In this document: in pieces, positions 12,961-24,250 of the stretch
Layout: every line of letters starts with the position of its first letter
How positions within the stretch are numbered: position 1 is the first letter of the stretch
Assembly (NCBI RefSeq): GCF_009834535.1
Contig: NC_045696.1
Coordinates: forward strand, 36,086,001-36,150,000
Direction of reading: 5' to 3'
Source of the DNA: Camelus ferus
Taxonomy: Eukaryota
DNA length: 64,000 nucleotides
Notes under the pieces: model-generated
What the model saw: the letters and a program-made list of their open reading frames with translations, nothing else
Databases searched by the model: none
What the model was told of the DNA's origin: nothing
Program-made: the position numbers and the translations under genes

Positions 12961-14629
12961 AGCAAAATAGGGGAGGGACCTTGTTCAGAACAGTGTTGGG
13001 CACGGTCCCATAAACTGAGGAATATGATTAAACTTATTGTATAATTTTAAAATTAATAGGAAGAAATGAAAGTACAGGACAAAAAGAGATAAAAGAACAT
13101 GAAAAGATGAGACTCAAATAAAAATAAATACAGCGTAGGGCTGGTGGTCTCTACTTTTTGTCCTCATTGAGGGTGACAGATTTCATCCATTTGCGAGAGC
13201 AAGTATAATGCCATACTTCTCTCCTGCCTCAGGACTGACAATAAGGAAATTGAAATCTGCTTCATTTGAATAAGAATATTCTATATACTTAATTTCCCAA
13301 CTGGCAAGTATAAATCACAACAAACACAATGATGATAGTACTTTTTTCTTTTTTTTTTTTCCATTTTCTTCTTTTTTTTTCCTAGGGCACAAGCATCATT
13401 ACATGACTATAATAATCAGAATTTTAAGGGTTCAAAAACAAGAAAATACATGTCCCTAAACGATCCAATCATTCATTCCTTGAACAAACATATTGAGGGC
13501 CTATTATGTATTTACTTTTATATAAATATGTATCTAACAGAAATATAACAAGAAAACAATATACAGCAATAAAGATGAACACTTTCATACCATAAAATAT
13601 AGATCATATCATTAATAAAGCAATTTAACTTGAAATTTGAAATTATCAGTTGTAATTCATTAGGCCACGTACATGTACAGAATTTACATAGTTTGTATCA
13701 TAATAAGGTCTCAATGCTAGACCAAAATTAGCCTTTACAACTTATCTTGTTGTTTCTTTCAATATACATAATGCATACCAAGAATCTACAGTAGAGAAAT
13801 CCATTTGGAAAATAATCTCCTGACCATCTTTCCATGCCTGGCATACTGGTGGCCCTTAGTAATTATCTCTCATAAATCTAGTCTTTGACACCACAGACAA
13901 ATACTTTAGTAGCTGTGAATCTGTTTGGCGGCCTCTGAATGGCTTTCTCAAATTGCACTGCTCTCACAGTGTGACAAGTCCTTTCATGTTGATTAAAATA
14001 TTTGAAGGATACAAACAACAACAACAGAGTAACAGGAAATCCAGTCATTCCTTTCATCTTCCCAGTGGGGGCCAGTCAGTGCAATTTGACTTTCTTCAAA
14101 CAAAACTCCCCTTTTTGTGGCTGAAGAAAGCCTTTGGCAAATATCCTTTGATATGATATGCACTTGACAAAAATCACAGAGCAAATCAAGCCACTGCTTT
14201 GAAGAAAATGCTTATTAGAAACCTGAAGCTCTTAAGTGTACTAGGACTTAATGCTATTGCCAGCGACACGAAGCCAAATGCTTCTGTGGCATCAATTTAA
14301 AGTCAGGTCCAAATGTATTGACTTCAAGGCTGCAGCTGCCACCTCATTCCTTAGTTTAATTCCAAGTATACCTTGAAGAATTGTTTAGTTTTCAAGTACA
14401 TTCTGGAATGTCAGTTCTATATTTCATTTCAGTGAAGCATACATTTTATTATTTAGGTAGAAAAGAATGTGAGAAAACTCTTGTTCTACAGCCTTTGCTC
14501 AATCTCCCAGAGCCTCCAGTAGCATGCTAATTTCTTTTCCAAGTAGACACTCAGTTTCTGAGGTGAGAACGCTGAGGCTTCCAGGGTCAAACCAGAATTC
14601 CAAAATGAAAGCCACAGCTGGAAATCCTA

Positions 14630-15050
14630 ATATACTTTTGGATCCCACAGAAAACAGATGGCACATTCAAATTAGGATAGTGTAAGGGGAGCTTAATAAA
14701 AAGGACTTCATAAATGTATGGGCAGGGGTGGAAAAGCCAGAAGGGATAAGGCAGTTACCCTAGCCATGTCAGGAGAAGCATTAGCAATCCTAGGTCTGCA
14801 GGGGAGTGAGTGGTGACCAAGAGGGGCTGGGTGGACAGCAGCCACCCTCAGCAACCCCACAGGAAGAGAACAAGGGGAACAGATCACCAAAGTCATCTTT
14901 CCTCCCTACTCCCTGTCTCCAACTGGTTTTCCCCACTGTCCTCACCTAACCAGTGAGGGGACAGACAGCAAGGGAGCCAGGTGACATGGTCCCTACAGTT
15001 CAGCTTCCCATGTGGCTGTGGCTCTGAATAGTATGCAGAAGACAGCTACC
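14630..15050 (-). mobile_element. Old ERVL-class LTR (LTR41/LTR33-like)
   Basis: GATCCCACAGAAAACAGATGGCACATTCAAA...TTAATAAAAAGGACT and CCTAACCAGTGAG...CAAGGGAGCCAGGTGACATGGTCC resemble ERVL LTR consensus text. Subfamily uncertain. Confidence 0.5.
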
Positions 15051-15407
15051 AATATATATCATCACCTCCACCTAAATCAACCCTGAAAGTAAACACAGGT
15101 ACATTCTCTAAGTTTTGACCCCAGGTAAAAGGAAAAATTCAAAACTCTCAGATTTTCTGTGATAAAGCCTTTTCAATTTTCTAAGATAGTAACACGGAAG
15201 TCAAGTCAAATTTGTAATTAAGTTAAAAAACATACTAAATGGACTCTGTTAGTGACTTAACCCCAAATAACACAACAGTGTTTCTTAAAATACAGATAGA
15301 ATACCTCACTGAAATAACTATAACCAAGGTACATGATATATGAATAAATTGTAAATATTCCCTGAAATAGCATATTTTAATAGTTTTATCAAAATGTTTT
15401 CCTTGAT

Positions 15408-15502
15408 TTATACACAGCTGTCCAGTTTCCCCAACACCATTTGCTGAAGACTCTGTCTTTATTCCATTGCATGTTCTTGCCTCCTTTGTCAAAGATTAAT
15501 TG
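15408..15502 (-). mobile_element. Short, well-preserved L1 ORF2 fragment
   Basis: GCTGTCCAGTTTCCCCAACACCATTTGCTGAAGACTCTGTC...CTTGCCTCCTTTGTCAAAGATTAATTG is typical antisense L1 ORF2 sequence. Confidence 0.85.
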
Positions 15503-16312
15503 TCTTTGATTCAAGAAGTCATCACTGAAGAGAATGTCTAAACAGAAAACATTTTCTCCAGTAGCTCAGCTCTTGCTAATCTCTAGACATTTCTGCTTTG
15601 ATCTATTCCTGGCACTTCAGGCCCAGCATGTTTGGAAACGAACTTGCGAACTTGTGAACTTGCATTCCCTTCTCTCTTCCCACCCCAACACTACTTACTA
15701 ATTCTTTGATGATACAGCATGTGTGTACTGGGAGGAGGGGGCAGGCATACGTACACACAGTGAGCTTTTTACTTGGTAAATATTCAATAGATATGTTTAT
15801 TGATTATTGAACAATTATGCTTTTTTAATATATACTTTAAGAGAATGAAACTTTGCATGAAAAATATGAGAATCATAGCTGAGAAGGTACTAGTTCCATT
15901 GCTATCCTTAGGTGATCAAGATTTTGGAAGAAGGAACAATGATTTACAAATAAGCCCACCCTATTTAGTAAAGTAAATGGAGAATTTTATCCAAGAATCT
16001 TTATCAATTAAATTAAAATAATAGTCTGTAAAGGAAATGAATGACTGCATTAATAACCTGTCAAAACCAGTAAATCTCAGAAATGCAACCTTAAATAATT
16101 AGGAGATAGTAAAACTAGCACACCCAAAAAAAAACTTCAATTTGAAAGCATAGTAGTGGAAAGAGTAATAGCCCACAGGCAGGAGTTTCATGCCAAAGCT
16201 GGGACCAATTACCAGTATGACCATAGGCAGTTCTAAAGTGCACGGGGTATAAATTAAACAAGATGAGTCATGAGTTGATAACTGTTGAAGTGGGTAAATG
16301 GGGATTCTATGC

Positions 16313-16430
16313 CAGTGCTGTCCAATAAAAACATAATATTAACCATAAATGTAATTTCACATTTTCTAGTAGTCACTTTTAAAAAGTAAAAAGAAATAGG
16401 TGGAATTTGTTTTAAAATATATTTTATTTA
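16313..16430 (+). mobile_element. MER33 (hAT-Charlie) left part, split by the LDHB retrocopy
   Basis: Begins CAGTGCTGTCCAATA (TIR) and continues ATGTAATTTCACATTTTCTAGTAGTCAC...AAAAAGTAAAAAGAAATAGGTGGAATT...ATATATTTTATTTA, collinear with the recalled MER33 consensus. Confidence 0.85.
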
Positions 16431-17752
16431 GCTCTTTGTGTATCCTGTGCCGGAGGAGACGCACGCTGCTGACATTGTCTTCTTCAGGCCACCCTTACAG
16501 CCATCTTGGGAACTTTCTCTCCTCTGTGCTCAATGGCAACTCTTAAGGAAAAACTGATTGCACCAGTTGCAGAAGAAGAGGCAACGGTCCCCAACAATAA
16601 GAATCACTGTAGTGGGTGTTGGACAAGTTGGCATGGCATGTGCCATCAGCATTCTGGGAAAGTCTCTGGCTGACAAGCTTGCTCTTCTGGACGTTTTGGA
16701 AGATAAACTCAAAGGCAAAATGATGGATCTGCAGCATGGGAGCTTGTTTCTTCAGACACCCAAAATTGTGGCAGATAAAGATTACTCTGTAACCGCCAAT
16801 TCCAAGATTGTGGTGGTGACTGCAGGAGTTCTCCAGCAAGAGGGGGAGAGTCGCCTCAATCTGGTGCAGAGGAACGTTAATGTCTTCAAGTTCATTATTC
16901 CTCAGATCATCAAGTACAGTCCTGATTGCATCATAATTGTGGTTTCTAACCCAGTGGATATCCTCACACACGTTACCTGGAAACTAAGTGGATTACCAAG
17001 CACCGTGTGATTGGAAGTGGGTGTAATCTGGATTCTGCTAGACTCCGCTATCGAATGGCGGAAAAACTTGGCATTCATCCCAGCAGCTGCCACCGATGGA
17101 TTTTGGGAGAACATGGTGACTCAAGCGTGGCTGTGTGGAGTGGGGTGAATGTGGCAGGTGTTTCTCTCCAGGAACTGAATCCAGAAATGAGAACGGACAA
17201 TGACAGTGAAAATTGGAAGGAAGTGCCTAAGTTGGTGGTAGAGAGTGCCTACGAAGTCGTCAAGCTGAAGGGATACATCAACTGGGCTATTGGACTAAGT
17301 GTGGCTGATCTCATTGAATCCATGTTGAAAAATCTCTCCAGGATTCACCCAGTGTCAATGATGGTGAAGGGGATGTATGGCATTGAGAATGAGGTCTTCC
17401 TGAGCCTTCCATGTGTCCTGAATGCTCAGGGATTGACCAGTGCTATCAAACAGAAGCTGAAGGATGAGGAGATTGCCCAACTCAAGAAAAGTACAGACAC
17501 CCTATGGGACATCCAGAAGGACCTAAAGGACCTGTGACTACTGGCTTCTAGTTCTAGGCTGTAGAAACTTAAAAACTACAGTGTGATTAGCCACGAGCCT
17601 TTAGTTTTCATCTATGTACATGGGGCATAGTTTGCTTTTATCTTCTTAAATCTGTGAATCTGGGTTCACAGAATCAAAGCCTGTGCTTGGTTTAATGCTT
17701 GCAATATGAGTCCTTGAACAAATAAAATTAACTATCGTACTGTGAAAAAAAA
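16431..17752 (+). pseudogene. LDHB: Processed (retro)pseudogene of L-lactate dehydrogenase B; CDS-equivalent 16533-17537
   Basis: Intronless. ATG at 16533 gives [23 protein letters not shown]. An extra A at about 16602 shifts the frame (TGA at 16671). [10 protein letters not shown]...WKLSGLP continues in the shifted frame. A 1-bp deletion at about 16997 precedes [12 protein letters not shown]...GEHGD...[11 protein letters not shown] (17537). About 100 nt of 5'UTR, a 3'UTR with AATAAA at 17721-17726, A8 at 17745-17752, and TSD ATATATTTTATTTA at 16417-16430 and 17762-17775. Confidence 0.97.
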
Positions 17753-17761
17753 TATAGATAT

Positions 17762-17877
17762 ATATATTTTATTTAATGTAATATATCCAAAACATTATCA
17801 TTTCAACATGTGACACTAGCCACCTGTGAACTGCTCTCTAGCCATATTGCCAGTGATTACCACATTAGATAGCAGAG
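17762..17877 (+). mobile_element. MER33 right part (internally deleted)
   Basis: AATATATCCAAAACATTATCATTTCAACATGT continues the MER33 consensus from where the left part stops. It ends CACTAGCCAC...ACCACATTAGATAGCAGAG (degenerate TIR). Confidence 0.8.
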
Positions 17878-20484
17878 TCTTGGGTTATTCATTTTACTTT
17901 TATGCATGTTAAAATTGTTTTTATAACAAAAAGTTAAAAGAAAAAAGTCTACAAACTCTTGCTTATCTCTCTCTTTGGCTCAGTTTCCCCACCTGTGTCT
18001 TGAAGGAGATGTACTGGTTATTAGTTTCTCAAGTTCCTTTAATTCCTTAATTCTTACTTTCCCTTCCTTAAGCATTCTCTGTCTGATCTATCATTACTCT
18101 ATAGGAAAATGTATCTTTAAAAAAAAATTCCTTTATGCTGCCAAAAATATTTGACCTGAAAATTACCATTTTCCATTTATCTAAGAAATATTTGGTACAA
18201 ATCATCATTTATGTATAAAATAATTTTTCTTCTGCTTCATGACCAAATGGTCATATATGAGCTCACTTTACATTGACCACTGTTGTTCACTCAGTTTTTC
18301 CTTTCATATAAGATTAACCACTTGATCCTGGTGAGAAGTGGAAGAGGCAGATTAAAAACATAAATATAAATCAAAATATATGTTCAATAAGTGATTTTGA
18401 AGGAATAAAAATTAAAATATCTTAGCATTTTTCCCACTATGTTTAATTTTAATTTGACTATTCTGGTGGCCTGCAGACCCATTCTCCTCTCTCAGCTCAG
18501 TATTTAGGTCAAGCTCAACCATAAGTATGCTCCTGGTCATTTAGAAGAAATGTTATAGTTGCATTTTTATTATTCCCCAAATAGAAGGAAGTTGCACATT
18601 TGACCAATTTAAGAGATCTTGATGAATGTGAAAAATTCAGGCTTACTAAATATTGTTTATATTTTTTATATGTATATATATATAAAGATTATTTGCACTA
18701 TTTAAAAAGTTAATTACCAAAAAAAATGCCTGTAATTTTTTTTAATAGGAAACTATTTTGGCACACTTGCAATCAATTTGCACACAATTATTTAGGGACA
18801 TTTTCACTACAATAAATTAGTTTATATTAATCTATTTTCAAAAATAAGGAGATAGTTAAAATCTATAGAAATATGTATTCAGTTAAATGGTATATACCTG
18901 TTGAAATATTTTTCCCAATCATACAGCAAGTGTCTGGTAGGCACAGGATTAACACAGTCTCTTACCAATCTTTATAATGTGAAGTAAGATGTCTTTATAC
19001 CACGTACACTATTTATCCCCTCCAGTTGTTAGTTTAAAAACTGTGGCTGATCTCCTTTTGCAGCTTTAACAACATGCTCTATATTTAAGTGAGAGTTCAG
19101 GGTACATGAGCTAATCCTATAAAGCAATACAATGCGTAGCTTGAAATCAAACAAACAAATAATTTTTTTCTAAATTCTTTCACTATTATTTCCAAAAAGA
19201 AAAATTAATATGGAGACTTTTTTTGACAAACAAAAAAAATCATCATAAATCAATTGTTTTGTTTATCGTATTTTCATTTAATCAGCTTGTCTGGTCTTAA
19301 TTATCTGTGAGGTTCCAACTATCTTATTCTACAACACTGATGAAAATAAAGGTCCATTTCCCTCAATGGGACTAAAAATCTACTGGCATTAACAGGAACA
19401 GACGTCTTTATGCAATTACGGGAATAAAGGTTGGTTCTCAATTATGGGAATATGGCTTCCTCCCCTGAATTGACAATCCTTAAATATAGCATGAAGAAGA
19501 GAAGAAAAGAGTGAACAGAATAAAAATAGAACTATATTACTAATTATACCCTAAGCACACATTTCTACTTACCTAATGACTAAAATATTTAAAGATGCAA
19601 ATTCAATTTAATTAATTCAACAAGCAACTTTTCCTGCCACCAATTTATCCTCAAGGGCCTCAAAGTTTTATCACACAAGCTCAGCATCTGTGGCTCCTAC
19701 TCTGGCAGAAAGTTCTTCAGGAATATATTTCTTTAAATGGAAGCCAAGGTAAAACAGAAAATCTGCAATATGACTTGAAGCTGTATGTTCTCTTTGTAAA
19801 AAATCAGATGCCCAAACACTGGTCACCTTCAGGTCTCATGTGTTCAAGCAGTTGTCATCTGCAAAGGCAAAGTTTCTTTGGAGGAAATGCCAACTTTCCT
19901 GCAAGAAAGCTGAATCCCTCTGGCAATATTTAGATTTGTATTCGTGGTAACAGTCAGTGTCAGGAAAGTATTACTGGATATGGTAACTCCAGATGTAGTA
20001 CCCACAGAGAACATTCAGTTGTTCAAGCAAGAAGAGTAGAATATAAAATAAGGAGTGGCCTTTAAGATCCAATTTTAAGCATGATCTATTTAATAGAAGT
20101 TAAATGGATTTTATAAATAGAGAAAGGGAAGTGGTGAGAATTAATACAATTTTCTGTTTTGAAATTGTTCATTAGTGAAAAATATAAAACTAAAATGTGC
20201 CTTTCTCTCTTGTGAACTTAGTCTTTTCCAGAGCTGTTTTCCAACAACATATAACTTTTCATACACACTGTTCAAGACTAGTTTCCACTAACAAAAGTGA
20301 AATTGCTAATGCTGCCATTGGTAACTGCTGTCATTCATTTTTTATGTGGTATAAACAAGACCTCTAAACTGTTACAGCAAAAGGAGGATAGTGAGCAGGG
20401 AGTGATGCACTAGACGGTAGTGCCTTCAAGAAGAAATAATAGCAAAATCAAAAGAACCAGAGGAAATAACTGGCATAGCATCCA

Positions 20485-20600
20485 GTTACTCAACAAACAC
20501 ATTATAAGGATCTACTACCTGCCAGTCAATGGGATTAACACTTACAAAATAAAAATGTAGACCTCTCTTCTCAAGGGTCTCTAGTAGGAAAGACAAAATC
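20485..20600 (-). mobile_element. L2 3' end fragment
   Basis: ACTCAACAAACACATTATAAGGATCTACTACCTGCCAG...CTCTTCTCAAGGGTCTCTAGTAGGAAAGACA. Confidence 0.5.
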
Positions 20601-21571
20601 TCATAAACAAATGTATAAAGAATAATAAATGAATGAAACATAAATCACATGGGAGATTTAAATAGCTTTGCTTGATGGTGGAGGCAGTGGCTGGGAAACA
20701 TGGCTAGCCACATTGGCAGCTTGCTCTCACTGTGTTGCCTAATTTAACACAGCACCCAGCTCTCTGTGGACACTTAATAACTACCAGTTGGCAAATGGAT
20801 AAATGCCAGCAGTTAGGGAAGAGATGAGTGTGTTATCTCCCAAGAAGCCCAGCAAGCTGGTGTGGATGGGGGGAGGTGGGGATGCGCTTCTTGGCTGTGA
20901 CAACTACACAGTGACTCCCAGTGGTCACAAGTTGAACCTTATCTTTGATCATAGTATAACAAATCTATATTTAGTACAGTATAATTTATATATAATATAT
21001 ATACACATACATATGTTATATAATTTAGTATAATAAGTAAAGCTATCACCCTTTTAACAAACTTTAGTACTCATTCTGCTTAAAAGTGAATAATACTTCT
21101 GCCAAGCACAATGACGTGAGCTAAGTGAACAATAAGTTCTTTTCCAATCCTGAAAGTTAGATTCTATAATTTCAAACTAATTTTCTAACACAGCCAGAGT
21201 GATGTTAAGTTTAAAATGAAGCAGAACAATCAGAAAAGATGTTTATTCTGAGAAATAAGCCTTGTTGTCTCCAAACTAACAAGAATGACCTCCTGGGGGA
21301 AAGACATGAGAATATTTCTCTAAGTTTTGCCTAAAAATTAGAAGCATTTTTGTTTTCTCAGAACACTCATTTGCTTGCTAGGAGTTCCAAACTGTCCCAA
21401 TTACTTTAAATTATGTACATTCTCCTCCTTCTTTATAAAGAAAAAGAAGAGTGCATCATTATATTTTTGGCCATCATTCCATGGGTACTTCCACTGATGT
21501 TTAACATTTATCTACCAATAAAAATAACTATGTAGGAGGTCATTCTGGCATATTAGTATTTACTTAGAGTT

Positions 21572-21708
21572 CAGTTTAGTTCTGTTCAAAAAACACAATC
21601 AGTACCAACTATGTGCCAAGCACTGCGCTAAGTACTGGAAAAATAAAGATGGGGAAGATATAGCCCCTTCCTGGGAAGGACTCGTGATACAGTGAGGAAG
21701 AGAGACCT
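21572..21708 (-). mobile_element. L2 3' end fragment
   Basis: TTCAAAAAACAC...AGTACCAACTATGTGCCAAGCACTGCGCTAAGTACTGGAAAAATAAAGATG. Confidence 0.7.
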
Positions 21709-21733
21709 CTATCTTCCAGTAACCAGAGGAAGC

Positions 21734-21749
21734 ACACATACACACATTG

Positions 21750-21780
<31 letters not shown>

Positions 21781-21782
21781 CA
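21734..21782. repeat. Interrupted (CA)n microsatellite
   Basis: Directly visible CA run with interruptions. Confidence 0.9.
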
Positions 21783-23439
21783 AAACAGAAACCGACAGTT
21801 AGTTAAAGCATCATAGTTACAATGTCACCCTCGTATACAACTCCCACATGTCAGTCACACCCAAAATCCAGTCATTCTGTGAGCAACTGTCATTATCACT
21901 CCCAGTCATAAAGGCTTGGGGAAGACCCTGACCTGTTTCTGTTGTTGTCAGCCATTCTCTTGTTCCTGCATATTAAATTAGATAAAGGTTCTGAGTTGAC
22001 ATCAGAGAGGAGAGAAAAGAGACAGCTAAGGGAAAAGAAAAGTTAAGCTATATACTGAAATCCTTTGAGAAATGCCCTGTCAAGAGTATAGCTAGAAAAT
22101 TCAGGATGCAAGAAGCTGGACATGTACGTATCCAAGGAGATTCTTCTAGCCCCAAATGAAAAGACACTACATGAAATCAAATGATAATACTGTCCTAAAA
22201 CTGGACACCTAAGTGATATATATGGACATCTGTTCATGTAGGCTGACCCCTAGTGATATAAACTGATTGTTGCAGGGATAACAGTCTCAGAAAACTGCCT
22301 TTAAAAGAGCTAGAGAGACCAAGATTACTCTCTTCAAAATGAAGTGCTGTATAGTCTCATAAACATGTACAGTCTAAGTGAGATATGTGGGCATACTGTT
22401 CTCTCTAAAAACTAAATAAACTATCCACAAAATTTACAGTGAAGGAGCAATTTAACAGATAACAGACCTATCTGGAGTTGATGGAACTACCTCCTTTAAA
22501 TGACTAAACATATGTTAACTATATGGCCTCTTCCATTGTCCCCACACCTGTGTCTCTACGAAACAATATTTTGAAAGTCTTAATAATTGGTTGCCAATGA
22601 CTTATAACAAAGATTCTTCCCAATTTTCTAATTTTATTTCAGAAAATTTGGACATACCACAAAATAATCTGGACATAACCATGAAATACATTCTTTAAAA
22701 AGTAATCTGTATGTTTCTAAAGAATAAAAAACTAAAACATATATTATCACTAATACATTAACTAAATAATAATCACAAATAAAATTGACAGTGTTAGTTA
22801 AAATGAAGATCAACTTGTTTCATATATGATGTGCTCCTTTTTATAATGAAACGAAAACTACATATCAAAGTCAAAAGTATGTTTAGGTTTAAAGAAAGAT
22901 GAGACAAGAGTAAGTAAATGGTTTCATACATATAAAACTAAAAACGAATAGCTTCTTCTACCCCATCAATGTCAAACATGGATTGACTAAGATAATTCTT
23001 GTTATAATTACAGAGTTTGGAAACAAAAGCCACCCACAAAGTCAAGTAAGAGGTCTCATGTGTATTTTCTCTTTCTTCTATATGTTCATTCTTCCATTTT
23101 TCTATTGTAATCCCAAGAAGAAACTGCAAGACCCTCTATATATTAGACATTCTTTTCACTTCTCAGAGAAAACTTTGTTTTTTGTTTTTTGCCCACCCTT
23201 ACTAAATAAGTCTACAAGTCACTTATGAGGAGGCAAGATGGGACAGTCACCCAAAGTATGAGTGCCTAAAGACATATTTTTTGTGTATCCCCACCTTCTT
23301 TTAAAAATGGTTATTGCTTATTTCATATTAGAAAAACATATTACATTACATAATACACAGGCCATTTGGAAATTGTTCCACCGTGAGTAACACATACTAC
23401 AATGCACTGCAGTGCATGTAAATAGTAAAGAAACCATAC

Positions 23440-23466
23440 CTTGCTAACTATATAAAGTGCATACCA
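23440..23466 (-). other. Candidate 27-nt microexon of the minus-strand transcript
   Basis: Minus strand reads TTTATTTCCTTTCTTTTGATTTTCATTTTCAG|TGGTATGCACTTTATATAGTTAGCAAG|GTATGG: long polypyrimidine tract, CAG acceptor and AAG|GTATGG donor. Confidence 0.45.
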
Positions 23467-23745
23467 CTGAAAATGAAAATCAAAAGAAAGGAAATAAATG
23501 TAAGCAGGCCATTTCTGAAATAGTGGAGTTAACCTGAAATGATTCTGTAAATTCAGGAATTCTTGAGATCAATTTATCAAGAAACTCCTAAAGGACATGG
23601 CTTCTTCCTAAGCTATTGGTGTCCTAGCAGAGTAATATATCTTTGAATTTTTCCTCCTCCTCCACAACCAGAAACACAATAACCAAAGAAAACTAACAAA
23701 CAAGCAGAAAGAGACAAAGTTTTCCTGAAAAGAAGAAGGAATTTG

Positions 23746-24250
23746 AAGATGTGGTACATATATACAATGGAACACTATTCAACCATAAATAAATAAATAA
23801 ATAAAATAATGCCATTTGCAGCAATATGGATAGACCTGAAGATTGTCAGTCTAAGTGAAGTAGGCTGGAAAGAGAAAGAAAAATGCCATATGACTTCATT
23901 TATATGAGAAATCTAAAAAATAATAACAATAATAATGACACATGGATTAATTATTATTTTGATTTCTTGAATATATGTAAGCACACCTGACTGTCCTTTA
24001 TGACTGGATTATCGCATTCTGTTGATTGTTATTTTGTAGTTGGCATTATTCCTTTGATAACTATGTAAGTTTAAAAAGCTAAAGATCTAATCTGTTCTTA
24101 GAAACAATAATTAGTACACATATGTAAACTAAAAAAATGTGCAGTATACTGTATACATGCATTTACATGCAATATAATGTGTATGGGCAGTCAAACTGTA
24201 ATAATTCCACCTAATAAAACTGGAAAAGGAGACAAAAAAAAAAAAAAAAA
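23746..24250 (+). mobile_element. TSD-flanked retro-insertion: L1 piece (about 23746-23945) fused to non-L1 sequence ending in AATAAA and poly(A)
   Basis: L1 text AAGATGTGGTACATATATACAATGGAACACTATTCAACCATAA...ATGCCATTTGCAGCAATATGGATAGACCTG, then about 290 nt that do not resemble L1, AATAAA at 24213-24218 and A17 at 24234-24250. AAGGAATTTG flanks both sides (23736-23745, 24249-24258). Confidence 0.75.

Noticed and set aside
16530..17114. Minus-strand ORFs overlapping LDHB (62, 142 and 70 aa)
   Set aside because: They are antisense shadows of a former coding sequence with no independent support.
16558..17537. Two separate LDH-like genes, or programmed frameshifting, from ORFs 16558-17010 and 17007-17537
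   Set aside because: They are consecutive pieces of one LDHB retrocopy broken by single-base indels. I see no slippery heptamer or stimulatory structure at the junctions.
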